A stretch of 64,000 bases of DNA from a virus. Its lineage: Duplodnaviria > Caudoviricetes. Position 1 is the stretch's first letter, and each line of letters begins with the position of its first letter. The notes under the pieces are model-generated. The model made no database searches, was not told the DNA's origin, and saw nothing but the letters and a program-made list of their open reading frames with translations. The position numbers were made by a program, and so were the translations under genes. Of this stretch, positions 9,968 through 20,361 are shown piece by piece. Where the stretch lies: IMG/VR virus record IMGVR_UViG_3300021254_000020, positions 64,001-128,000 of that record. One strand, written 5' to 3'.

Positions 9968-11618
9968 AGTAGCTACAGATCATCTTACAGAGATGAATAA
10001 TAAAGACAAGTATAAAGAGGATGAGATTGAAAGATTCGAATCAATGTATCCTGGTATTAAGATAATAAGAGACTATTATGAGACTGAAAAAGAATTAGAG
10101 AGTGACTGGAACGATTTCTGGGAATCTCCATATAGTATCCGAGTATTAGCAAATGATAGATCTATAGTTCTATTCGGTATGAGGAATGAAGAACAATATA
10201 AGATTCAAAAGAATAAGTTCTTGCTTAAGGATATAGACAATCATACTTATGCTGAATATGTTCCTGCTAATGAATCTGCTGAACCTGATCGCAGCAATGC
10301 AGCTAGAGATTATATGAATAATGGCGGATACCCTCTAGTTACTACTGACTGTGAAGATATGAAAGAGCTTAATAAGCAATGGAGACGTTATCTTGAACAA
10401 GGAGAGGATAAAAAGGCTAAGTCTAATTCACAAAGTATTTCCTTCTTTGGTTGTCCTGTAGAAGAGGTATACCAAAAGGCTATTAAGAAGTTCTTGATTC
10501 AAGATATCAAAGATAGTGATAACGAGATAGATGATTCTATTATTGGAGAAAGAACTGTGGCATTCTCAGATAAACTGGAGAAATTAGTTATATCTGAAAG
10601 GGCTAATGATATTAATGGAGTTGAGTCGTGCTTCCTAGAATACCAAGATAGATATCCAATAGGAAATGGATATGAGAATATGACCCCTTGGGAAGTTCTT
10701 GATATATTTGGTAGATCGGTATGTGAGAATAGTGAATTATTCAATAATCTATACGCTAAGTTCTTGGGAATTAAGCCCACCCGCTTACTTGGGGAGCATG
10801 TAGTTACTCTATTACTAGATGAGAATTGCGATCCTGATAAACTGTTAGAGTGTGGATTCAATCCTCATATGAATATCAGAGCTGATAGGGTGAATAGTAT
10901 TATAAAAGAAAACATGAATTATCAGTTCATCAATCTATCTGAAACTGAAGATAGTAGTCTAGATGATCTCAATACCGGTATTGCAGTAATGGTAATCAAT
11001 GAGTTAGATAAAGACAATAGAGAAGCTACTAGGGATCTCCCTAAGGTGCTAGTAACTACATCTTTTGATTCTCCAATATGGCATGGATTAAATTATGGTA
11101 ACTTATACTATACCCTCAATGTAGTAGATCACATAGCTAAATTCAATAAACCATCAGTATCAGTATTCTTTTTACCAGTATCTATAGATAACCTTCCTCC
11201 CAAACTCACAATGTTTTCAGATAATGAAATAGAGAGGGTAACTTCGGCTCTTAATAGAGGATGCCCAGATATAGCGAATAAACATCTATTCGTAGCCAAC
11301 CTTTTGAACTCTATTCTTTACTCACCAGAGAATGATAATGACATAACTCTTACTCTCAATAGACATTTTGATGGTTCTAAAGATACAGTGGTTCAAGTAT
11401 TAGATCATGTAGGAAATAAAATATCCTATAAGAGAATACGTCAAGCACTTAATAAGATTAATCTTGTTAAGGAATGTGTAGACAAGACACCTTCTATAAG
11501 TCAGTATTTTGTTGAGGGTATGAGCTATCCTACTTATCCTTCTGAGATTCTCAGTATTAGTGAGTCTGAGGATAAGACTACATGGAGACAGTTCAGAGAG
11601 CTATTTGGGGAAGATTAA
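9951..11618 (+). CDS. Hypothetical protein (555 aa) with an internally duplicated N-terminal unit
   Basis: GGAGG RBS. Two similar units: ELESDWNDF...RSIVLFGMRNEEQYKIQKNKFLLKDI and ELNKQWRRY...QSISFFGCPVEEVYQKAIKKFLIQDI. Confidence 0.7.
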   Translation: MIPLAKVATDHLTEMNNKDKYKEDEIERFESMYPGIKIIRDYYETEKELESDWNDFWESPYSIRVLANDRSIVLFGMRNEEQYKIQKNKFLLKDIDNHTYAEYVPANESAEPDRSNAARDYMNNGGYPLVTTDCEDMKELNKQWRRYLEQGEDKKAKSNSQSISFFGCPVEEVYQKAIKKFLIQDIKDSDNEIDDSIIGERTVAFSDKLEKLVISERANDINGVESCFLEYQDRYPIGNGYENMTPWEVLDIFGRSVCENSELFNNLYAKFLGIKPTRLLGEHVVTLLLDENCDPDKLLECGFNPHMNIRADRVNSIIKENMNYQFINLSETEDSSLDDLNTGIAVMVINELDKDNREATRDLPKVLVTTSFDSPIWHGLNYGNLYYTLNVVDHIAKFNKPSVSVFFLPVSIDNLPPKLTMFSDNEIERVTSALNRGCPDIANKHLFVANLLNSILYSPENDNDITLTLNRHFDGSKDTVVQVLDHVGNKISYKRIRQALNKINLVKECVDKTPSISQYFVEGMSYPTYPSEILSISESEDKTTWRQFRELFGED

Positions 11619-11635
11619 CAAAAAGCAAATGAATG

Positions 11636-11647
11636 ATATATTATAGT
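11636..11647 (+). promoter_or_regulatory. Early-type promoter motif ATATATTATAGT followed by a stem-loop
   Basis: The same 12-mer occurs on the minus strand at 21654-21665 and 57426-57437. It resembles the phiKZ/AR9 virion-RNAP early motif TATATTA(C/T). Confidence 0.55.
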
Positions 11648-11741
11648 AATGGTGAGTAGACAAAAGTCTACTCACCTAGTTTTATACCAATATGGATTAA
11701 AACCATTTTTGTCTATATACTATAGTAATGGAGGTGAGAAA

Positions 11742-12725
11742 ATGGAAGTACCAAGAGTTAAGAGATATGGAAAGAGGTTCTATTTATCTGATACTAGATT
11801 AGAGCTACCAAAGAAGATTAGACAATGGTCTAAGCACGAGTTCATTAAATCAAATAGTAGAAGAACTTCTAAAGCCTTGATAAATATCACTGAAGAGGAG
11901 TTACAGAACTATATAGCAATAGCTCCAATATTTCAGGCATCTTTAATTACTATGCCAGATACATATATAGATAATGCGTTCAAGATACTATTTGAACCAT
12001 ATAGGACTGGGGTGACTGATAATATCTTATTTGAACATGGAGTAGCTTTGAATGTATATAAAGCAGCGGTTCATGGTATTGATGATTTATGTATCAATAC
12101 ATATAGTTACCCAACGAATGTGGATTCAGAAGAGCTAAATGCGATATATAATCAAAATGGAGAACAATCTAATATATTGTACTTCTATTATGATGATTTG
12201 GCCCATGGGGTAATTAGTGCTATAAATATGGATAATGGATTTAGTCTAATAGACCATGTCTATAACACTATGTTTACCGATAATCAGAGAAAGAGGATTT
12301 CTATAACAGATGCTATAGATAATACACTTCATTGTGTAGATACAGCTATGAATATGATCATGGGTACACATACAATGGATAAATCAGATATAGATAATCT
12401 GATTAGCATAGTAACTCACAAGAGAATAGAAACTAAATCACAAGAGAACTCTTTAGATAATCTACTAAGATTCTCAAATAAGATACCTACTTATGTGATT
12501 GATCCGATGGTCATAAATACTCTGTTTGTACTAGAGTATAATGATAAAATAGATCTAGACCAATTAAAAAATGATAATAGGTTGTACACAATAGTGATAG
12601 TTAGAGTGAGAGAAAGTTTAGAGGGTAATGCGTATGTCGTTATGTATAGAGAATCACCCATTGAACTTAGACAAGAATCCAATACTGGATTTAGTAAAGA
12701 AGAACTATCCAAACTACTTAGGTAG
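11742..12725 (+). CDS. Hypothetical protein (~327 aa)
   Basis: Start moved to MEVPRVK, which has a GGAGGTG RBS. Confidence 0.7.
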   Translation: MEVPRVKRYGKRFYLSDTRLELPKKIRQWSKHEFIKSNSRRTSKALINITEEELQNYIAIAPIFQASLITMPDTYIDNAFKILFEPYRTGVTDNILFEHGVALNVYKAAVHGIDDLCINTYSYPTNVDSEELNAIYNQNGEQSNILYFYYDDLAHGVISAINMDNGFSLIDHVYNTMFTDNQRKRISITDAIDNTLHCVDTAMNMIMGTHTMDKSDIDNLISIVTHKRIETKSQENSLDNLLRFSNKIPTYVIDPMVINTLFVLEYNDKIDLDQLKNDNRLYTIVIVRVRESLEGNAYVVMYRESPIELRQESNTGFSKEELSKLLR

Positions 12726-12817
12726 TAACCCAATAGGGTTTACTATATATGCCGTGGGGTATCAAAAGAGCTCAATACCCCTTGTTAATTTCTATCTAGA
12801 TAGAGGAGGAAATCTCT

Positions 12818-13645
12818 ATGTCATTGATCAATGAAGGACTCAACCGTCCGGCAAACTTCGAAGGTTCTATTGGTGCTAGCCAAGAGGAGCGCCACAAACT
12901 GAACCAGAAAGAACGTAAAGATTTCGAGGAAAGTCGTCTTAAGTTCGAAATCGAACCGCAAGAGTTCCCCGATCTTGTTCGTGCTATGCACACTGACACT
13001 CAGCAGCTCAGCATCACTATTAACGCACTCATGCGTGCGATCTTCGCTGATTACTATGGTTGCAAAATTGAGATCACGAATAACCGTGCTCTTTTGGCCA
13101 GCATATATTTCTCCGAAGAGCCGTCTCACAAGAATACTGGCAAGTATAACGGCATTGAGCGTATTGTCAACAAGTCCACACTGAACAATGCTGAAGGCCG
13201 TATTGAAGCTCTCAATCAGTTCAGTGCTTTTGGCCGTCGCAATGTTTATAAGATCACCAAGGAAGCTGATCAGCTCCTCCGTGATGTGATTCCGAATCAG
13301 TTCATCAACAAGGAAACTCTGAAAGTTGATTGGTCTAAAGTTACAAACGAAGGGTCTGTACAGAGCAATGGTATTTATCAGTGCCGCATCTATGTGCAGG
13401 TAATGATTGATATCAATAAAGTTCTGAAGATCCTCTTCGGTGCTGGTGATGAGAACTATGAAGCTCAGTATGCAGTTCAGGTAGGTGCTCCGATCAATCC
13501 GTCCATGACTTCCATGGGTGAATTTAGGTCTGATAAATGGCACCTGCTGTTGTTCCGTAGCAATTCTTCTGCTGTTCGTCAGCTTGCTAGCGATCTCGGC
13601 TACAACTTCGGTTCCAGTGCAGATCTTGGTATCGTGACTGAGTGA
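12818..13645 (+). CDS. Abundant hypothetical protein (275 aa)
   Basis: GAGGAGG RBS, capsid-like optimised codon usage (CGT, ATC, AAC, GGT), followed by a strong terminator. Confidence 0.75.
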   Translation: MSLINEGLNRPANFEGSIGASQEERHKLNQKERKDFEESRLKFEIEPQEFPDLVRAMHTDTQQLSITINALMRAIFADYYGCKIEITNNRALLASIYFSEEPSHKNTGKYNGIERIVNKSTLNNAEGRIEALNQFSAFGRRNVYKITKEADQLLRDVIPNQFINKETLKVDWSKVTNEGSVQSNGIYQCRIYVQVMIDINKVLKILFGAGDENYEAQYAVQVGAPINPSMTSMGEFRSDKWHLLLFRSNSSAVRQLASDLGYNFGSSADLGIVTE

Positions 13646-13673
13646 TAGAATAGCATCAGAGATGCTATAGGAG

Positions 13674-13706
13674 AGACAGGAGGTTTCTATACCTCCTGTC
13701 TTTTTT
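13674..13706 (+). terminator. Rho-independent terminator
   Basis: GACAGGAGGT-TTCTAT-ACCTCCTGTC followed by TTTTTT. Confidence 0.85.
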
Positions 13707-13738
13707 ATTATATTGATATATAATTGGAGGAATTTCTC

Positions 13739-14149
13739 ATGGCTTTCAAGAACGATGGTCCTATTTCCTTTGAACTAAAAGAGAACGGAATAAATGAACT
13801 CATTGACGAACGAAATAATACTGTAATGATGCTGAGAGAAGTATCTTGGAATGGTCGAGATGCTCATCTAGAACTTCGTAAATGGGTAGTAGCTGAGGAT
13901 GGTGAACGTCCCAATAAAGGAGCAGTCTTTATGACTGAAGAGGGCCCAAACAATCTGGTCAATATTATGACTAAGCATGGCTTTGGTGATACTAAAACCA
14001 TTCTTGGTAATATCAAAGATCGGCCTGACTTTGAGACCTCTTTGGTAGAAACTATCGGTATGCAAAAAGTAATCCAGACTAAGAATACTGAGGTAGAAAT
14101 CTCTGAAGATGACTACTTCGATCCTCGTAGCATCACGACTATGGCATAA
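13739..14149 (+). CDS. PC4/YdbC-family ssDNA-binding protein
   Basis: LREVSWNGRDAHLELRKW...KGAVF is the YdbC/PC4 signature. Acidic C-tail; GGAGG RBS before MAFKND. Confidence 0.8.
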   Translation: MAFKNDGPISFELKENGINELIDERNNTVMMLREVSWNGRDAHLELRKWVVAEDGERPNKGAVFMTEEGPNNLVNIMTKHGFGDTKTILGNIKDRPDFETSLVETIGMQKVIQTKNTEVEISEDDYFDPRSITTMA

Positions 14150-14219
14150 ATAAATTGATAATCTTGACTGCACTGTAAAAGTGCAGTCAATTATTTTTTC
14201 TATAAATGGAGGTATTAGT

Positions 14220-14702
14220 ATGATTACTACTACAACTGATGATGAACTCCAAGGAGACAATCAAAATACACGACTAGAATCGTTTAGTATGTGTAAACAT
14301 GCTAGCGAGAATGAGAAGAGTAGATATGCATATGTTGAGCATAGATGCAGATTTGCTGATTGTTATAATCGCTGTACTAGAGACACATGTGTATTTGATA
14401 AGGACGAATCTCCTGATGTATGTAATAAGCATTGGGTAAAATGTATTTTTTGTCAAGATTTATTTTCTATAGATCCGAAGCAGATGAATGTGCCAATTTG
14501 TGATAGATGTATTTCGATCATTGCACAACACCTGCATCTACCAGCAACCTGCGCTAAATGTGGCGCTAGCATAGGAGAATATACTAGTATGCCATTCACT
14601 AGATTATGTGAAGATTGTATTTCTAAATATCTCTTTAACGATACGTGTTGGCACTGGGAGCTGCATCATGAAGTAAGTACAACTCCTCTTGATCTTCCAT
14701 AA
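14220..14702 (+). CDS. Cys-rich multi-zinc-finger protein
   Basis: Several CxxC pairs (CIFC, CDRC, CAKC, CEDC); GGAGGT RBS before MITTTT. Confidence 0.7.
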   Translation: MITTTTDDELQGDNQNTRLESFSMCKHASENEKSRYAYVEHRCRFADCYNRCTRDTCVFDKDESPDVCNKHWVKCIFCQDLFSIDPKQMNVPICDRCISIIAQHLHLPATCAKCGASIGEYTSMPFTRLCEDCISKYLFNDTCWHWELHHEVSTTPLDLP

Positions 14703-14728
14703 TAATTATATACTATAATAGTGAGGAG

Positions 14729-15850
14729 GTGAATGATATGGCAGAATATCAGAAATTACAGCCAGACGATATGATAGAAACGCTAAACTATCATAGAAGT
14801 GAAGCCAATGTATATAGTAGATTCATTAAGTATGAGAAGTTGGATACTCTCTTATTTCCAATAATTGCTGGTCACAAAGAGGTTAATATCTATATTGATC
14901 TTACTCAGATGCTGGCTATACTCTATAGGTTTGAGGATATAGCAAACCCTTTAGGTGTACTTGCATCTAATCTCAATATGCCTCTGCATTATAGATCATA
15001 TTGTAATCGTAAGAAAATCAAATCCAATATATTCTTAATATATTCATCCAATAATAGTGTTAATAATTATAGATTCATTGCTTCGTATGATCATAAGCAT
15101 AAGATGCAAAAGGAGAGTAATTCTAACGTCCATTCTGTTATAGAGAACAATATTAATCTATTATCTACTGTAGTACAGTACATGCCAGGTATATATCTCA
15201 GACTAGGAACTGTAGAACCAACAGTAATGATAGCAGATTTGGTTGATAAGTTCACTAGGCAAGGGATGAATGTACCTCATGTAGTTATTACTTCTACCGA
15301 TTATGCTTTTCAGTTACCATCTATAATGGGAAATGTATTGCTTCTCTACAAAGCATCTGAGATGCTAGATAAGAAGTTAGTAGATGCATCATTCTCGGTA
15401 GCTCATTCAAATGCTCTCTATGCATATATACAGAAAACAAAAAATAAACAGCTAGAGGGATTGTATAGAGATACACCATTAAATCAAACATGGGTTTCAC
15501 CATTTATGGTACTGGCTGGATTAGCTTGTAGAAATGTAAAGGCTTTATGCAGTTATAAAGAGGCTATATCAGTACTAAAATATATCGAAGATAATTATAG
15601 TGTAATATCACCAGATTCTTTGTATAATGCTTTAGTAGATACAGCAAAGAAACCAGTAATATTCCAAAGAGAAGAATTACATAGTCGTTTCTGTGCTATA
15701 GACCTAGACTATCAACTGAAGTTATATAGAGAAATGCCAGAGAGTTTGGAGTTCTCATTCTTAACAGATTTGAATAATCCTCAAGCTCTCAATGATATTA
15801 TGAATCAATACTTCCATCGAAGTAATCAGGTAGATATATGGAAATTATAA
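14729..15850 (+). CDS. Hypothetical protein, possibly a divergent PIN/FEN-like 5' nuclease fold
   Basis: 373 aa. VNIYIDL, VEPTV and ITSTDY resemble FEN/PIN strand motifs, but the acidic set looks incomplete. Confidence 0.35.
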   Translation: MNDMAEYQKLQPDDMIETLNYHRSEANVYSRFIKYEKLDTLLFPIIAGHKEVNIYIDLTQMLAILYRFEDIANPLGVLASNLNMPLHYRSYCNRKKIKSNIFLIYSSNNSVNNYRFIASYDHKHKMQKESNSNVHSVIENNINLLSTVVQYMPGIYLRLGTVEPTVMIADLVDKFTRQGMNVPHVVITSTDYAFQLPSIMGNVLLLYKASEMLDKKLVDASFSVAHSNALYAYIQKTKNKQLEGLYRDTPLNQTWVSPFMVLAGLACRNVKALCSYKEAISVLKYIEDNYSVISPDSLYNALVDTAKKPVIFQREELHSRFCAIDLDYQLKLYREMPESLEFSFLTDLNNPQALNDIMNQYFHRSNQVDIWKL

Positions 15851-15899
15851 GGGATTATTTCTATGATCCCTTTTATTTTTTACAATATATAACATAATA

Positions 15900-16016
15900 G
15901 TGAGGATGAAATTTGACTTTCTGCTAGGAGAGGGCGAATACTCATACCTCACTAACCATCATAACGTCAAATATTTCCAACCTGAGTCCCTAGGCCAGCA
16001 ATGGCCTAGGGCTCTT
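15900..16016 (+). ncRNA. Candidate small structured RNA (long hairpin plus GCAA-tetraloop hairpin)
   Basis: A GTGAGG-ATGA...TCAT-A-CCTCAC long stem followed by a perfect CCCTAGGCCA-GCAA-TGGCCTAGGG hairpin, preceded by an AT-rich promoter-like stretch. Confidence 0.35.
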
Positions 16017-16106
16017 GGTGCGTGATTTTATTTTTCAATCATCAAGAATACAACCATGGCTATTACTAATAACCAAAAGCTTTTCCCCATCTAAGTTCAC
16101 CTCTAT

Positions 16107-18593
16107 TTATTTTTTATTTGCAGATTGAGGATCGGGCTTATTAGTAGCAGTTGCTTTCTCTGTTTCATTATTAGCCTCGCTTCCCTGTACTGCTTTAACA
16201 AAGGTCAGTTTAGTATCAGCAGAGAAGAGATCGTCTTCTCTAGCAAATATAACTACCTTTTCTTTTAATAAGAAGTCTCCGTCTGTATGATTATAGCCAA
16301 CGAAGTTATTTATATGATATCTCTTATTGGGAGTGAATGCACTCACGTCTAATCCTTCTTTATGGAATATCAATTCATTCTTATTAATTTCCATCTCGGA
16401 CTTGATATTCTTTAATTGGTTAGGATTATCATTCCTTACCTTGAGTAGTTTAGTTCCTACTGCTTTCTTATTAGGATCAGTACCAATATTGAGATCAAAA
16501 GAGATATTGTTTAGACCTAGTTTAGATATCCCACTCAGATCAAACTTCTCTATATTCTTAGAAAGATTCTTCAGATCAGCTACCTTTACTATACCTCCAA
16601 CGCAGTTAGAAAGTAGTGTTTTCTGCAAACCAGGAAGACCTCCATTAATAGCATTAGTAACTGCTGTTATCTTAGTTAGATTAGACGATAGAACAGTAGT
16701 AGCTTTGCCAACATACTTAGTTAGAGAATCATTAATACCATTACTCATAAAGGTATTAAGACTCTTTGCTCCAAATATTCTAGCAGCCTCTTGAGATATT
16801 ATTTTACCCTTCAGATTAATATTCTGGGACATGCTAAACATTCCTATCGCCTTTTGGAAACTATCTGAGAATCCTTTTAATAAAGACTGAGAAGCAGATG
16901 CTGTTACGTGAGCACCAATTCCTATATTTCCGAACTTAGTAGTTTCAGATTGCATACCACCAAAGCATCCACTTAGTTTAGTAAGTTCTGCTATAGATTC
17001 TGAAGCTGAAGAAGATGCTAGGTCTGGATCTGGGCCTTGAGTCTGTCTTAATAATGCGATTATAGGATCTATTGTACTCTTCATTGACCCTAATGTATTA
17101 GGAAGAGAAGAGAATGATCCCATGAATGGTGTTACAGTACTTGCCATTGCTTTTATAGCAGCCGCTGTACCAGTATTCATACTTCTAATAGAATTATCCA
17201 TTAGTTTGGTCACATCTTGAAGATTAATATAGGTTACTGCCCTAATATTATTATCCAGAAAATCAGAGTTATAATATTGATTATTAGTTTGACCTATTAC
17301 ATCACCAAAGCACCCTTGTACCTGATTCTGTAGATTCTTGCTGTCTTGACAACTAATGAACTTATTATTCATATTAGTTTTCAAGATACTCTTAGCCATA
17401 TCATCCATAAAAGGTATAGTGGTAGTTTTTCCAGTGATAGGATCTCTTTTAGTTATTTCTTTAGGAATATTCTCTATAGCAGTCATTGTATCAGACTTTA
17501 CTGTAGTATCTAAATCTCTAGTAACCCTCATATTAGATATAACTGAATGGTCCATATGATGCATAGATTCACATAGCTTAGTAGCCATACCAATAGCTTC
17601 TTGAGACTTAGACTTCACATTAGTTAGGAACGAATCCATACTCTTCTTAAATGCATCTTTGATATTCTTAAATGTATCTTCTAATAATTTAGAATTATCT
17701 AGAGATGGATTCAGTATAGCCGCTATAGAATCGAATATCTTATTGGTAGTATTATCCATTGTGAACGTAGATGATGTACCAATAACGTCAATTATATACG
17801 AAGTGGTCCAACCATCTACCTGCATACCTATCTGTACATTCTTAGGATCTGATGTACTATGGACGTTGATGATAACATCATCCCATCTATCTATTTTACA
17901 AGGAACCCCTTTGCCATTCTTAGACAGTAGATATGTTATTCTAGGCTCCTCAAAAAACAAAATATATCTAGTATTATAGAAGGTACTCAGATTATTCAAA
18001 TACTCCATAAGAGAAAAGGTAGTGTCCATTGGAGGTAGAATTAGCTGTTTGAAATACTTATTGTGATGAAATGGTTCTATTAACAAATGCAAACCTTTCT
18101 GATCACAATAGTTCAGTACCAGATCTTGCATATAGCTATCTATGATATTAATATTTTCTACTATCTTCATAGCATCCAAACACTCAGATGGAACCAACCC
18201 AATATAAGTGCTTCTGAATAAAGATTCATCTGGTTTAGAACTAAACTTATCCTTAACATAGTCTAGTGCATCATTATAGTTAAGGTCACTGGATACTATT
18301 ACAGACATATCACTATCAATAATAACCTCAGGAGTACCATGTGACTTATCTTCCTTATTACTCATTTCTACAGAAGCTACAGTTATATGTATTCTAAGAC
18401 TATCAGCATTAGTAATAACGTAGTCAAACAACCGTTTATCTATTTCTAATCTAGCCAGATAAGTAGGGAATAATCTATCAAAATATCTCCATACGCCAAT
18501 AAAGTTAGTAAAATTTTCAGGATGCAAATATACCGTTTGACCATCCTTTTCAAATTTACCGTTAATTTGATACTTATAGTTCCATGATGGCAT
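16107..18593 (-). CDS. Large virion structural protein, possibly baseplate hub/tail component, with a central helical insert
   Basis: 828 aa; late promoter AACA-N6-TAAT at 18618-18632. Beta-rich N and C termini flank a Met/Ser/Ala-rich helical region. Confidence 0.45.
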   Translation of the reverse strand: MPSWNYKYQINGKFEKDGQTVYLHPENFTNFIGVWRYFDRLFPTYLARLEIDKRLFDYVITNADSLRIHITVASVEMSNKEDKSHGTPEVIIDSDMSVIVSSDLNYNDALDYVKDKFSSKPDESLFRSTYIGLVPSECLDAMKIVENINIIDSYMQDLVLNYCDQKGLHLLIEPFHHNKYFKQLILPPMDTTFSLMEYLNNLSTFYNTRYILFFEEPRITYLLSKNGKGVPCKIDRWDDVIINVHSTSDPKNVQIGMQVDGWTTSYIIDVIGTSSTFTMDNTTNKIFDSIAAILNPSLDNSKLLEDTFKNIKDAFKKSMDSFLTNVKSKSQEAIGMATKLCESMHHMDHSVISNMRVTRDLDTTVKSDTMTAIENIPKEITKRDPITGKTTTIPFMDDMAKSILKTNMNNKFISCQDSKNLQNQVQGCFGDVIGQTNNQYYNSDFLDNNIRAVTYINLQDVTKLMDNSIRSMNTGTAAAIKAMASTVTPFMGSFSSLPNTLGSMKSTIDPIIALLRQTQGPDPDLASSSASESIAELTKLSGCFGGMQSETTKFGNIGIGAHVTASASQSLLKGFSDSFQKAIGMFSMSQNINLKGKIISQEAARIFGAKSLNTFMSNGINDSLTKYVGKATTVLSSNLTKITAVTNAINGGLPGLQKTLLSNCVGGIVKVADLKNLSKNIEKFDLSGISKLGLNNISFDLNIGTDPNKKAVGTKLLKVRNDNPNQLKNIKSEMEINKNELIFHKEGLDVSAFTPNKRYHINNFVGYNHTDGDFLLKEKVVIFAREDDLFSADTKLTFVKAVQGSEANNETEKATATNKPDPQSANKK

Positions 18594-18651
18594 TAGGTAC
18601 CAACTCCTTCCGTATTCAATTATGAAAGTGTTGATGAGAGTATAAAATAAG

Positions 18652-18681
18652 AAGAGGGGTAGGCCTTAATGACCTACCCCT
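18652..18681 (-). terminator. Terminator hairpin, copy 1 of the repeat flanking the HNH gene
   Basis: AGGGGTAGG-CCTTAATGA-CCTACCCCT; near-identical copy at 19724-19748. Confidence 0.65.
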
Positions 18682-18685
18682 ACTA

Positions 18686-19654
18686 TTATTCTCTATATGC
18701 AACAAACGGATTTATTCTCAAAGCATGCCAAAATCCTATTGGGTATCTCTCATATGGGTATTTTGGATTTAACTCTCCATTAGGAAGTACTAGTTTCTCT
18801 ACTTCTATAGGATGATATACATGATATTTTCTCTCTAATTCTTCTCTATATTTTACTGCTTCTTCCAATTTTTTAAATGTTTTTGAATAAAACTTACCTT
18901 TATAGGTTATAGCGGCCAGATAATTTCCATGAGCATTATAATACACTCCTAATGGCAAGTCATTACTTTTAGTTATACGAGTACTGCAATTCATAGGATT
19001 TTCTGATTTTGGTATTACTCTAAGATTATTATATCTCGCATCAAAAGTATCTCTGCTTATATGATCTACTACATAGCCAACTGGTGCTGGTAGTATTAAT
19101 ATATGTAATGGTACATCAAATCTTTTATAATTTACTCCAACACTTATACAAGGGTACGTTATACATTTTTTATTTTCTGAAGATCTATGGGAATACCTAA
19201 ATCCTATGCTAACATATCTAAGATAATTAAACACAATTGTATCCAAAATAATTTTTATGTTTTTATAATATACTATGGTATAATCTCCATGTATTTCGTA
19301 TTGATTTAATTTTCTAGCTAAACACCCACAACTTAAAAGTGTATTAGTAAATAACTTGCAAGCTGGTATTTGTCTTTCATTCCCGCACTCACATATGCAG
19401 TCTGCTACCCATGTAATTTGGCCTGTATTGCGATATTCTTTTCTACTGATATTCAGTATAGTATATCTACCATGTTTGGTTCCGATTAACCCTTTATATT
19501 TATCTGGTAATATTCCATGATAATTTCCATAGTATGATGGTATATGAATCTGACTGTTGTTCCAAGGTATAGTATCCATATCCGCTATTGTTTTTGCATT
19601 AAGACCATTAACCATTATATTTTTCTTGAATTTCCATTCATCAAACGAATCCAA
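18686..19654 (-). mobile_element. Free-standing HNH-AP2 homing endonuclease
   Basis: N-terminal CICECG...SCGC module; VVDHISRDTFDARYNNLR...ENPMN (HNH); GVYY...YLAAITYKGK...TFKKLEEAVKYREELE (AP2). More AT-rich than its neighbours. TTG start with AGGAGG. Confidence 0.85.
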
Positions 19655-19723
19655 ATTAGCTCACCTCCTTTCAATTACTTGGCTGTTAGGCTGTATTTAA
19701 AAAATAAATTAGGCATAAGAAGG

Positions 19724-19748
19724 AAGAGTAGGCCTTTATGACCTACTC
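19724..19748 (-). terminator. Terminator hairpin, copy 2 of the repeat flanking the HNH gene
   Basis: GAGTAGG-CCTTTATGA-CCTACTC. Confidence 0.6.
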
Positions 19749-19811
19749 CATATTTTACTTTTACTTCTAGAAACTCCGGACTCTCTAGAGAGAATGCACA
19801 CTAGGACGAGA

Positions 19812-20321
19812 TCATTCGTTGTCTTCAGAATCTACAATGTCATCACCACTGCCAGTGACCACGGTTGGTTTATCGTCCTCATCATCTAGCACAGGATCTC
19901 CTCCGCCTTCAGTTCCCCCTTCATCTTCTTGAGTAGGAACCACTGTCTGCTTCTCATCTTGCTCAGCCTTGATCTCCTGACCAATTTTAGCAAGATGAGC
20001 TTCCCATTCAGCAGCATGCTTTGCTATAGTCTCATCCTCAATATCAGGAACTACTACTGCATCTTCAGGAACAGGAATACCACCAAGATCCGTACCTGCA
20101 GTCTCTTCGGTAAGAAGGATATCTTCGTAACCAATTACTTTTTTATCAGCATCTTTGATTTCTTTTACTTCAAATACTTGTGCTCCCTGAGAAATGAGTT
20201 TCTTAATAATGGAAACAGGGAGAGCAGTCAACTTACGCTGAGTACCATTTGAAGCTGCGTAGTTAGTTACATTCGGTGCCGGAGCAACGAAATGAACGTA
20301 CTTTTCTTTTATATCAGCCAT
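19812..20321 (-). CDS. Acidic hypothetical (probably virion) protein
   Basis: 169 aa, AAGGAG RBS, very acidic C-terminal tail. Confidence 0.7.
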   Translation of the reverse strand: MADIKEKYVHFVAPAPNVTNYAASNGTQRKLTALPVSIIKKLISQGAQVFEVKEIKDADKKVIGYEDILLTEETAGTDLGGIPVPEDAVVVPDIEDETIAKHAAEWEAHLAKIGQEIKAEQDEKQTVVPTQEDEGGTEGGGDPVLDDEDDKPTVVTGSGDDIVDSEDNE

Positions 20322-20361
20322 TTACATTCATCTCCTTCATATAATAGATGATTTGTCTAAC

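Noticed and set aside
12821-13543. 240-aa minus-strand ORF
   Set aside because: Antisense shadow of the highly biased 12818..13645 gene.
14729-15850. Confident flap endonuclease / RNase H call
   Set aside because: Only partial motif resemblance, and the catalytic acidic residues could not be placed; kept as low confidence.
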